40,961 bases of DNA from an uncultured Thermoplasmata archaeon (GTDB lineage Archaea > Thermoplasmatota > Thermoplasmata > CAZPOY01), in the NCBI GenBank assembly GCA_964588345.1, contig CAZPOY010000002.1, positions 1 to 40,961 on the forward strand. The letters run 5' to 3'. This document shows positions 1 through 9,049 of the stretch, piece by piece. A program made the position numbers and the translations under genes. The stretch's first letter is position 1, and the number at the start of each line of letters is the position of its first letter. The notes under the pieces are model-generated. The model saw only the letters and a list, made by a program, of their open reading frames with translations, was not told where the DNA came from and made no database searches.

Positions 1-3000
1 AACCGGCCACCATCGTAGTCAATGCTTTGTTGTACTGGTCAAGGTTGTCTTCCTCCTCATAAGGATAGGGCTGCCAGTCCATGGTGCTGATGATGTCAAC
101 GGGCGTGCTTCCTGCCAACTCGTTGGTGTGTATGCTTATCGGATTGGGGTTCAGCGACATGTAACCAACCTTGCCCGATATGTTCTCGGTGACGAAGGTC
201 CCATTCATGATCTCGCCGGTTACCATTATGGCATTCAATCCGGGTGCCACGGTCAATCCCTTGAACCCACCGGTCGTTCCCGTCTTTGCGAAGTAACCAG
301 GAGCATCAACGTCGGATTGTTCAAGAACGAAGGTTCCGTATCTTTCAATGTCACCTTTGTCCTCGACCGGGTCGCCGAATTCGTCCACGTTGTTTACCCA
401 ACCGCCTTCATCTCCCACCGAATATTGTTGCAGGTGCAAGACGTCGGCATAACTGGGCATGTTCTCATATGTTACATCAACGAGCAATTTCATGGTGTCC
501 TTTGGCATGTTCGAAAAGTCATCCGGGGTGTCGAAGTAATAGTACCTCATGTCCGGATTGGCTCCTCCCAAACCTGAGTACATCCTGTTGTTGTCGTATA
601 GGAGTACGGGTGCATCATCGGAACCACCAAAGTTGAATACGGGCCTGTCGGAAGCCACATTTATGACTATCGGAACGATGGCCGTATTGGTTCCTCCGGC
701 AAAGTGTAGCCCTCCTTCGTAAAGACCAGGCGTAGCGTCAGCAGGTACGTTCACTGTGACGTCGAATTCTCCCGGTGAAACGGAAGCAGGAGCGTTTATC
801 CAGTCCCATTCCGTCTTCTCGAAGAACTCAATGGAAACGGTCCATTTGGTATTGGGTGCTTCAGCGTAGATGTCGCGTATCCAGATTAGCATGCCGTCCT
901 GCAGTTGTGCAGAGGGTTCGCTGACCCGGATTTCGTACATGTTCTCGTTGGGAAAACAGTAGCCAAGTCTGTTCCTTTCGGACCAGCTTCCCAATGCATT
1001 AAACGAGCCTTCCTCGGCGAGGGTGGTCATGTTGTATTCTGTGACCGTTCCGTCGTCAAGGCCGATTGTAAGCCGATTGGTCTCCTTTGCTATGTCCACC
1101 GAATTAATCACGGCGGATTGTTCGGGATATATCGCGGTAATGCTTCCATCAGTGTAGTTCAAGTAGGTGGCGTTCTTGCCAGCCGAGGCGATAATGTGGT
1201 CGCCCCATACTTCAGTGTCCGAAACGGCTTCTCCGAATACGGAATAATCAGCAAAAGCATAGTGGTTGTAAGTTGCTGTTACAACGTCGCCGGGTGAAAG
1301 CGGTTCGTCGAAGTAAATGCCACCGGTGGTATAATCAACCGTGTACGTTGGCGTCGCTCCCATTACGTTTTCGGATTCGATGTACATGTCAGGAAGCGCT
1401 GTGCTATCCACATATGGATAATGCGTGTAATTGGCCGTTATGTTCTCTCCGCCGGCAAAGGCATCGGTGAAGTAAATGTCCCCTGTCATCTCATCGACGA
1501 ACACATAGGTGTAGTTGTAGTCTGCCCATATGACCGAATTGTTGTAAAGGGGTGCATCGAAAGTGACGAGGCCCGTGGCGAAGTTTACGGAGTAGGGTGC
1601 GTAGTCGTAGCTAACGTTTACCGTGTCGTTTGCATGAACGGTTGCCAAGAAGACGACCTGTCCTGATACATAGTCAATAGTGTAATCGGTGTCCTTTGTC
1701 AAAGTGGTACCGTTGACGGTTATCGTTTCGCTTCCGGGGAAGACGAAATCGTTGCTGAGATTGAAGCCGAACGAAGCGTTCGTTGCGTTCACCTCAAGGG
1801 CACTCATCATGAACTCGTCTCTGTTCGTCTGTTCGTAGGTGTAATTGTATGTCACGGTAAGGGTAGCGTTGAGTTCCGGTGCCGTCGTTAGATTGAGTTC
1901 TCCCGTTGCTTCGTCCAGCGTGTATCCAGCCCGCATTGTTCCGTTCTCGAACAGCATGAATGTACCGTTGTTTACCGGGTCCGGCAGCATTATGACCGTT
2001 TCGTTGCCCGTGGCATTTGTCAGTATCGTGTGATTTACGTATTCGTTGGTCACCCATTCGAAAGTCACGTTGTAGACATGGAAATTCGCATCCCATTGAC
2101 TGTTCAAGTGGTCCAGGTTGAGTTCCGTCTGGTTCTCCGTCGTCTTGTTCTCAGCGGTAAGATTCTCGTCAACGATGTGCACATATCGGGGTGCAAGCGT
2201 TCCGTTAACGTATATCTCCCAGTCATCCGTAATCGGGGCGTTGTCCAAAGCAGTCGTGTGATTGCCCGTTCCCGCCGGGTCCAGCAGCACTTCCTGTTCC
2301 ACAAGAGTCGTGTTGGCGTCGGTAAGATATACGGGTCCCTCCGCCGTGGTGAACAAGTCGAACACAAAGATGCTTCCGGTACTGTTTCCTACGATTGCCT
2401 GGCTTCCGTCTGGCGAAAATTCCACCGTAGTGGGTGAAGATACATCCGAAAGGTCGAAGTAATGCGTCGGGGTCGCCGGGTTGGTGGAAATGTCAAAGAC
2501 TGAAAGTCCGATGTCCCAACCGGTTACGACAGGTGCTTGAATCGTTGCCATCCTCATGTTATTCGAGTCTAGTGCAACGTCGGTGGGCGTATCACCATAG
2601 GTGAAAGCGCTCACGTTGCTCAAGAATTCACCTGAATCGAGGTCTATGACATACGATTCATTGAAGGTCACGTCGTAATCCATGCTATAGAACTGATTTA
2701 CGTACCAATTGTATTTCGGCAGTACTGAAAGTAGACTACCATCATCGGAGAATTGGATGTCGTTCAAAAAATAACTGCCCCAGAATGTGTAGGCGGGATT
2801 GTAGAACCGGAACACTTCCTGTCGCATCTCCGTGTCGTAAACGGCCACGAATCCCTGGTAATCTGCCGCGGCGAGATATTTCCCGTCCTCGGAGAATTCC
2901 ATTTCGACAATGCCGGTATCTCCACCTATGGACCAAATGGAATAGACGTCCGAAGTCTCTGCATCCCAAAGAAGTACCTCGGTCAGACCGGGTCCCGTGA

Positions 3001-6000
3001 GAGACATGCCTGCAGATGCTATGAGGTTCGATGCATTGGATACGGCGAACTTGGAAACGTCAGAGCTGTGGCCGACTAGCTTCTCGTCGGCATTGACGTC
3101 AGACCAGCCGTGCACTTCCAAGAATGCTGCGGAGTACATGCCGATGTGTCCTTCGGGATAACCTGCCGTGACCTTAACCATGTCCGCATCGTTGTAAAGC
3201 GTCGGGTCAAGGCTCTGAACGAGGTTTCCGTTCCAGTCGTATATGCCGTCTTCCTTCAAAATCATCCAGTTGTCGTAATAATTGCTCGCAGGTGGTTCGA
3301 AGTTGTAATCGACTATTCCCGTCCTCTCCATCCTGTAAGCATCCGCCGTTGCAGTGGCGGAACCATCGCTCCAATCTGTCATTTCGAAGGTGTCCGTTTC
3401 GGATTCACCGGGGAACATGAGATGGGCCGTAAGCGGTGCATCGCTTCCCCTGTATTCGCCTGGATACCAGATTTCAGGGCTGACCGACACGCCACTTGTT
3501 CCGGATGCCATGTCTGTCATGGCGTCGGCGTTGGCATATCCTGCCCCCTGAACGAATGGGTCGTAGTTGATGTCGTCGGCCCCGGCCATGGCTATCTCTT
3601 TTGCCGTGTAAAGGTCGGGGTACATCGCATTGGTCTCGTAATATGCATCATAAGCAAGCGCTATGAGGCCTGCAGACAATGGCGATGAAAGACTCGTGCC
3701 GGACCATAGTTCGACGTGATAAAATCCGTCATTGGCAGGTTGTCCAAGGTCCACGTTGTGTCCCAGTGAGTTTTCATAATTCAGAAGGTCGGCTCCGAAG
3801 GCGAAAGCGCCTACGGCCAACAGGTCAACGCCCGGGTATCCTACGGTGGTAGGCCCTCTCGAAGAGAAGGAAACCACGTCGCCACCCAGCGCATTGGGTC
3901 CTCCGTCATACATTAGTTCGGGGAGCAACCTGTAGTACATGTGGCTGGCAGCGCCAATGGAAAGTACGCCTGGTGCACACGGTCCCGAAACGGAACCGTA
4001 TCCGTGTCCCTCATTGCCCGCCGAAGCGGTGAAGAGCGTGTTGCCATCTGCGTACTGGGTGCTCAGCCAATCGACGAACCGGGAGTAGTAGTCCCATCCA
4101 TCGTTGACGTATCCGTATCCAAAGGAGTTGGATGCTATGTGCGCACCGTCTCCCGTTGCGACGTCTCCGTCATAACCTTCCACGGCGAAGTACCATGCGT
4201 CGATGGTTGAACCGCCGTAAATGTCACCGATTGCCAGTATTTTCGCATCGGGGGCCATTCCCTGGACGTAAGAACGGTACGTATTGCCCTGACCCACTAC
4301 CGAAGAAGCGCAAAGAGTTCCGTGATTGGTTGCACTGCTAAGGCCAAAGTCTCCAAATAGGCAGACCAGGTCGCCGTTGCCGTAATAGTAATTGTCGAGT
4401 CCGTATCTTTCGGCATAAATGTCCGTGTATGGAATCGGTATTTCTCCGCCGTATTCGTAATTTGCGGTAACCGTTCCGCCTGGGTTGGAGAAGAACTCAA
4501 TAGTTCCATCAACGTGGTCAATGACGAACTGCTTGTAAGTATAAGTCGCTTCGATGACCTTTCCGTTGGTGATGTTCAGGTCTTCGCTCAATGATATTTC
4601 GCCTGATTCCAAATCGATGGAATAATCATCTTCAGAAATGAGGTTGCCCGAAAGGTAAAGTTCCAAGGAACCCTCCACGATGTTTTCATAATCGAGTGAA
4701 ATCTCGGTCTCGCCGCCTGAAGCAACGAGCACTTCCTCTAGAACGACATCGACAAACTCGTCATATTCTGCTGAATCGACAAAAATGGTGTATTCGTTCG
4801 GAAGAGAGATGTTTCCATTTTCGAACGCTCCAGTGTAATTCTCATCCAGCGAAATCTCTTCGCCGGTCACAAGAGTTGCAGAGGATATGTGATACAACAT
4901 TCCTCCAGAGATGTCTGAAATGCCGTCACCGTTGAGGTCGTGGCTAAGAACCTCGTCTCCGAGTATCGCCGGGTCTTCATCCGTGAAGTCCTGGTTGAAG
5001 TTCAGGTCCGAATAAACGGCATCGTAAAGCGATGCATTGGTGGAATCGACGACCATGACCGTCGGCGGAACGAAGTACTTGTTCATGAGATAGGTGTCAG
5101 GGTGGTAACCAACGTGTACCGTTCCGGATTGGCTCGTGATGCCCGTAACGATGTGGTCAACGGGGATTACGTCCAATGAAACGAATGTGATGGTGATGTC
5201 CACATAACCCGGGTCCGTGACTTCGTATCCCAAGACCTTGAGAATGTATTGGTTCTCCGTCTCGGGGTTCTTGACGGGCTCTACTATCTCGGGATTTGCC
5301 CCCGTAGAACTCTGTTCATAAGAGACGAGTTCGTCCATGGTGGCCACGCCATCTCCGTTGGCGTCATAGAATAACGCTGCATCGATGTCTGCGGCTCCGC
5401 CATGCATGTAAACCGCCATGTTCAACAAGACGGTGCCTTCGGGAACCGAGAAGTTCAAGGCGTAAGATGCGTCCTCAAAAACCGTAGGGAAGGGCTTGGC
5501 CAGCGAATCCTGATACACCTGTTGGTCGAGATACGTTTCGACGTCGGATACGGGACTTGACCGCGTGTAATTCACGATGTCCTTGTAATAATCGTAATCT
5601 GCCGTGACCACATCCAACGTGGCAAGGGGCGTGAGATACGTTATGGCCCCGGTAATGGGGTTAAGGGTATAATCGGTTCCCTCGGTCATCTCAACACCAT
5701 TCTTGTAAAGCGTCACGCTTGCCGGGTCAACGTCGAATTGGGGTTGTGGCCCCCAGTCGAGTTCTCCTGCTCCTGGTGCTTCGAACTGGTCGGCAAACCA
5801 ATCCATGAAGTTGCCCATGAGCATGGTGGCGTTGGCAGGGTCCAGATATTCAAAAGGCCACGCCGTATAAATGACCGGGCCATTGGTCGAGTTCTGGTGC
5901 AATCCGATGGAGTTTCCCAATTCATCCTCAAAACACACCGTGGAATTTGCAGCGGGCGGTATGACATCAACGAAATCCTCATTAAGGGGATACGGGCCAA

Positions 6001-7375
6001 AACCGTCGCTCAGGGGATTGCCTGCCACACCTTCTACGGAAGCGGCACCGGCATCGCTTGAGATGGCACCGATGTCAAATCCAAGATAATCGGTGTCAAA
6101 GACGTCAGGTCCGCCCTGATTTGCGTATTTGTCATAGATGTAATCCATCGAAGAAAGATAGAGCATGCCTCCGTTGTCTATGTAAGACATGAGTGCTGAC
6201 TGCGAGTCGGGCGATACCGTATTTGACCATTCAAAGAGCGTGGACCAAATGACGGCAGAGTAAGAACTTATGACTCCATATCCGGGTTCCGCCCCTTCGG
6301 CCGATACGTCCCATACGTCGTAATTGGTATAGCCAGTAGCGTCAAGCGCATCGGTAAAAACGACTTGACCGCCGTAACCTGCGTCGTCTGCAACGACTAG
6401 AATGGAGAATGAAACGTTGGTGACTTCTTCTCCTACGACGGATTCTGTGACCCTCTCAACGGGAACTTCCGTGCTCGTATCCACGTATCCACCTGAAAGT
6501 GCGCCTTCTCCTCCGACGTAATTGGGGAGTGCTATGGCATCAAACGCCATGGGCCATCCGTCATATTCGGATAGATAGGGCTTTTGAGCGATTGTTTCGT
6601 TGGAAATCGTGGATATGTCGAATCGGGCCTGGGTTCCTTCAAGGTCCGGATGTGCGAAATCGACGCCGCTGTCAACTATTGCAACGCGGACGCCTTCTCC
6701 GGTATGTCCCTTTGCCCATGCTTCTTCTGCCTTATGAGTGCTGATGGCATCGATGAGCTGGGGTTCCGGTTGGTCTCCAATTCCCGAAGAGTCATCTGAT
6801 ACTTCTCCGCGAGCGGAAAGCCGGGGTGAATCCACTTTGTAAAAGGGTTCTTCAACTTGAGATTGAGACATCTGCTCGGCAACGTCCCCTGTTGATTGAT
6901 AATGGGGGGTCGGCTGTTCGTATTGATAAACGCCATAGACCGTTTCAAGGTCAATTATGCTTGAAATGGACTTTGCCGGCAGTTCAAGAAGAGGCATTAC
7001 CAGATTATCGGTCTTCTCCGCTTTGGTGCCTATTCCGCCCTTGTAATTCACTCCTTCAAGGGTCCTTGCTAACTGGCCCACATCACTTGTCATGACGTAT
7101 ACCTTGACGGTCTCTTTTTGACCGTTCATGACCAAAGCCCGAAGATTGGGGTCGAGCTTCATGATGGGGTCCGTCTGTTCTGCTTGACTAATTATCTGTT
7201 CCTGCTCAAACGTGCTAATGGGAACACTCTCAGCGTCAAGGACGCTGGTCCCTTCCACATTGGCTTGTTCCGTGGCAGCCGATGAAAGACCGCCAGAAAG
7301 AACAACACCAAAAGTGGAAAAGACGAATGCTCCAACTATCAGCAAGCATATTTGTTTTTCAAATGCTTTATGCAT
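1..7375 (-). CDS. Giant secreted subtilisin-family (S8) serine peptidase; the C-terminus lies beyond the window start (at least 2458 codons present)
   Basis: It is missing from the supplied track because it runs off the edge. I translated the minus strand from ATG 7375-7373 (GGAGG about 8 nt upstream) down to position 2 and met no stop. The N-terminus is a signal/anchor, MHKAFEKQICLLIVGAFVFSTFGVVLSGG. Subtilase motifs: VAIVDSGVD (Asp codon 6671-6673), NHGTLCASS (His codon 4322-4324), ASAGNEGH, and WSGTSLSSP (Ser codon 3692-3694). None of the listed short ORFs in this span share its frame. Confidence 0.85.
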   Translation of the reverse strand, partial: MHKAFEKQICLLIVGAFVFSTFGVVLSGGLSSAATEQANVEGTSVLDAESVPISTFEQEQIISQAEQTDPIMKLDPNLRALVMNGQKETVKVYVMTSDVGQLARTLEGVNYKGGIGTKAEKTDNLVMPLLELPAKSISSIIDLETVYGVYQYEQPTPHYQSTGDVAEQMSQSQVEEPFYKVDSPRLSARGEVSDDSSGIGDQPEPQLIDAISTHKAEEAWAKGHTGEGVRVAIVDSGVDFAHPDLEGTQARFDISTISNETIAQKPYLSEYDGWPMAFDAIALPNYVGGEGALSGGYVDTSTEVPVERVTESVVGEEVTNVSFSILVVADDAGYGGQVVFTDALDATGYTNYDVWDVSAEGAEPGYGVISSYSAVIWSTLFEWSNTVSPDSQSALMSYIDNGGMLYLSSMDYIYDKYANQGGPDVFDTDYLGFDIGAISSDAGAASVEGVAGNPLSDGFGPYPLNEDFVDVIPPAANSTVCFEDELGNSIGLHQNSTNGPVIYTAWPFEYLDPANATMLMGNFMDWFADQFEAPGAGELDWGPQPQFDVDPASVTLYKNGVEMTEGTDYTLNPITGAITYLTPLATLDVVTADYDYYKDIVNYTRSSPVSDVETYLDQQVYQDSLAKPFPTVFEDASYALNFSVPEGTVLLNMAVYMHGGAADIDAALFYDANGDGVATMDELVSYEQSSTGANPEIVEPVKNPETENQYILKVLGYEVTDPGYVDITITFVSLDVIPVDHIVTGITSQSGTVHVGYHPDTYLMNKYFVPPTVMVVDSTNASLYDAVYSDLNFNQDFTDEDPAILGDEVLSHDLNGDGISDISGGMLYHISSATLVTGEEISLDENYTGAFENGNISLPNEYTIFVDSAEYDEFVDVVLEEVLVASGGETEISLDYENIVEGSLELYLSGNLISEDDYSIDLESGEISLSEDLNITNGKVIEATYTYKQFVIDHVDGTIEFFSNPGGTVTANYEYGGEIPIPYTDIYAERYGLDNYYYGNGDLVCLFGDFGLSSATNHGTLCASSVVGQGNTYRSYVQGMAPDAKILAIGDIYGGSTIDAWYFAVEGYDGDVATGDGAHIASNSFGYGYVNDGWDYYSRFVDWLSTQYADGNTLFTASAGNEGHGYGSVSGPCAPGVLSIGAASHMYYRLLPELMYDGGPNALGGDVVSFSSRGPTTVGYPGVDLLAVGAFAFGADLLNYENSLGHNVDLGQPANDGFYHVELWSGTSLSSPLSAGLIALAYDAYYETNAMYPDLYTAKEIAMAGADDINYDPFVQGAGYANADAMTDMASGTSGVSVSPEIWYPGEYRGSDAPLTAHLMFPGESETDTFEMTDWSDGSATATADAYRMERTGIVDYNFEPPASNYYDNWMILKEDGIYDWNGNLVQSLDPTLYNDADMVKVTAGYPEGHIGMYSAAFLEVHGWSDVNADEKLVGHSSDVSKFAVSNASNLIASAGMSLTGPGLTEVLLWDAETSDVYSIWSIGGDTGIVEMEFSEDGKYLAAADYQGFVAVYDTEMRQEVFRFYNPAYTFWGSYFLNDIQFSDDGSLLSVLPKYNWYVNQFYSMDYDVTFNESYVIDLDSGEFLSNVSAFTYGDTPTDVALDSNNMRMATIQAPVVTGWDIGLSVFDISTNPATPTHYFDLSDVSSPTTVEFSPDGSQAIVGNSTGSIFVFDLFTTAEGPVYLTDANTTLVEQEVLLDPAGTGNHTTALDNAPITDDWEIYVNGTLAPRYVHIVDENLTAENKTTENQTELNLDHLNSQWDANFHVYNVTFEWVTNEYVNHTILTNATGNETVIMLPDPVNNGTFMLFENGTMRAGYTLDEATGELNLTTAPELNATLTVTYNYTYEQTNRDEFMMSALEVNATNASFGFNLSNDFVFPGSETITVNGTTLTKDTDYTIDYVSGQVVFLATVHANDTVNVSYDYAPYSVNFATGLVTFDAPLYNNSVIWADYNYTYVFVDEMTGDIYFTDAFAGGENITANYTHYPYVDSTALPDMYIESENVMGATPTYTVDYTTGGIYFDEPLSPGDVVTATYNHYAFADYSVFGEAVSDTEVWGDHIIASAGKNATYLNYTDGSITAIYPEQSAVINSVDIAKETNRLTIGLDDGTVTEYNMTTLAEEGSFNALGSWSERNRLGYCFPNENMYEIRVSEPSAQLQDGMLIWIRDIYAEAPNTKWTVSIEFFEKTEWDWINAPASVSPGEFDVTVNVPADATPGLYEGGLHFAGGTNTAIVPIVINVASDRPVFNFGGSDDAPVLLYDNNRMYSGLGGANPDMRYYYFDTPDDFSNMPKDTMKLLVDVTYENMPSYADVLHLQQYSVGDEGGWVNNVDEFGDPVEDKGDIERYGTFVLEQSDVDAPGYFAKTGTTGGFKGLTVAPGLNAIMVTGEIMNGTFVTENISGKVGYMSLNPNPISIHTNELAGSTPVDIISTMDWQPYPYEEEDNLDQYNKALTTMVAG

Positions 7376-7463
7376 GCATCTCTCCTCCTGATTATATTCC
7401 ACTTTGGAATAGAGTCTTTTAAGACTATAATGTGAAAAAGAGAACATCCTATATATAATTTGT

Positions 7464-8258
7464 TTATTTCAACGTGCTTGCAGCAACGGAAATTTGACTG
7501 AAAAAACGGGACCTGACCTTCTCGGAAAATATTCGGTGGGATAACTTCTTGGACCGGTGAAGATGGTATGTTATTCGATCATCATTGACCTTGGTCAGCC
7601 AAAGATGTCTCCCGGGCAAAGCGCCCGTCTGAACCGACCCGTCCATCACCAGACCGAAATCGTCCACGGTCAAACGGCCCATCATCGCTTCCCTAACGGT
7701 CCATGCCATCCGCCTCACCTGCTGCCATAGAAAACTTTTCCCTTCAACTTCCAACATCAGCAACGGGCCATCCCTTTTCAATGAAATGTCCAAGACCTCC
7801 TTTTCCGTCGTCCTGACATCTTCTTTGGACCGCTTGGAAAGGTTTTCGAAATCGTGCTTTCCCAAAAAGAGAGACGCGTATTTTTTCCCCCATTCTACGT
7901 TGAAGCGTGGTTCCATCGGCATGAAATACACATATCTTCTCGACTGGGCTTTCCTGGGGTCGAATCCGTCAGGAACGTCGGCAACGGCCATTACGTAAAC
8001 TTTGTCCATGTTCGCCTCCAGAGCGCTGGCCAACTCACCGGTTCTAAAATCGCTATCAAACGCGATGGTGTTCTCCAAGGCACTGACGCATTTGTCCGTT
8101 CTTGATGCCGACATGAAAAAAGCGTCCTTGTTCCAGGCCTCTATCGCCAATAGCCCCCTGCACATCTCGCCTTCCACGGTCCTCAATCCTGGCTGTCGTG
8201 CAAAACCCTGGAAATCCGGGCCGAAATACGTTATCCTGACCGCTTTCCTACGGGCCAT
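7464..8258 (-). CDS. truA: tRNA pseudouridine synthase A (TruA)
   Basis: Within track ORF 7464..8579, the conserved part begins at the internal Met of MARRKAVRITYFGPDFQGFARQPG (ATG at 8258). The loop ASRTDKCVSA resembles the TruA catalytic motif GRTDKGVHA. The 107 upstream codons of the track ORF overlap the divergent neighbouring gene and were dropped. Confidence 0.75.
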   Translation of the reverse strand: MARRKAVRITYFGPDFQGFARQPGLRTVEGEMCRGLLAIEAWNKDAFFMSASRTDKCVSALENTIAFDSDFRTGELASALEANMDKVYVMAVADVPDGFDPRKAQSRRYVYFMPMEPRFNVEWGKKYASLFLGKHDFENLSKRSKEDVRTTEKEVLDISLKRDGPLLMLEVEGKSFLWQQVRRMAWTVREAMMGRLTVDDFGLVMDGSVQTGALPGRHLWLTKVNDDRITYHLHRSKKLSHRIFSEKVRSRFFSQISVAASTLK

Positions 8259-8303
8259 GGGTGGCCATGTTTCGCCAGATATAAATAGGAATCCCGTTTC
8301 CTT

Positions 8304-9017
8304 TTGCATGTGGAAGAAAAACAATTTTCCGTCGTCCTTGTGGAACCAAAGACCCCGGGCAACGTCGGGGCCGTGGCCAGGGTCATGGCCAATTTCGGCC
8401 TTTCCCATCTCGTTCTCATAAATCCCTGCGAGATAAACGACGAAGCAAGAATCCGGGCTACTCACGGCATTGGGGTTCTTGAAAACGCCACCGTCTCCGA
8501 TTCCTTGGAAAAAGTGGTTAAGGGGCGATTCGTCGTGGGAACTACGGGACACCCTGCAAGAAAACAGAAGGTCTATCACAGGATGAACTGGTCTTCAAAG
8601 GACATAAAGGAAAAACTTGCAAGGACGGACATGCCCGTTGCTTTGCTTTTTGGAAGGGAGGACGATGGGCTCTTCAACGAAGAACTCGCACTTTGCGATG
8701 CAGGAGTCACCATACCCGCCAACCCCGACTATCCCATACTCAACCTTTCCCACGCCGTGGCGGTGGTCCTTTATGAACTTTTTTCCCGGAAGCTGGACCT
8801 CAAGGATTTTCAAAAAGCGACCGAGGATGACAAGGAAAGGATGGTCGCTCATTTCTCCGAGCTTCTGGACGCCATCAATTATGAAGAACACCGGAAAGAA
8901 AGGACCCGCGTCATGTTCAAGAGGATGATCGGACGGTCGGCGCCTACCAACTGGGAATACCACACCCTCCTTGGCATCATCAAGAAAGCCGCTCAGATGG
9001 CAAGGGAAAAGGAATGA
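8304..9017 (+). CDS. SpoU/TrmH-class RNA 2'-O-methyltransferase, TrmJ-like
   Basis: The motifs VVLVEPKTPGNVGAVARVMANFG ... LLFGREDDGL ... IPANPDYPILNLSHAVAVVLYEL fit the SPOUT methyltransferase pattern of the TrmJ/LasT group. The track start is TTG at 8304; GVG at 8310 is an alternative. Confidence 0.7.
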   Translation: MHVEEKQFSVVLVEPKTPGNVGAVARVMANFGLSHLVLINPCEINDEARIRATHGIGVLENATVSDSLEKVVKGRFVVGTTGHPARKQKVYHRMNWSSKDIKEKLARTDMPVALLFGREDDGLFNEELALCDAGVTIPANPDYPILNLSHAVAVVLYELFSRKLDLKDFQKATEDDKERMVAHFSELLDAINYEEHRKERTRVMFKRMIGRSAPTNWEYHTLLGIIKKAAQMAREKE

Positions 9018-9049
9018 CCTCTCATTCGGTTTCCATCTTCAACCGCTCC

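Noticed and set aside
128-6954. About 40 short track ORFs (60-190 aa) on both strands across the first 7.4 kb.
   Set aside because: All of them lie in frames other than the single 7.4-kb open minus-strand frame that carries the S8 protease motifs. Their translations are low-complexity or Arg/Cys/His-rich, as shadow ORFs typically are.
8259-8579. The N-terminal 107-codon extension of the truA track ORF.
   Set aside because: It overlaps the divergent TrmJ-like gene on the other strand. TruA homology only begins at MARRKAV (ATG 8258).
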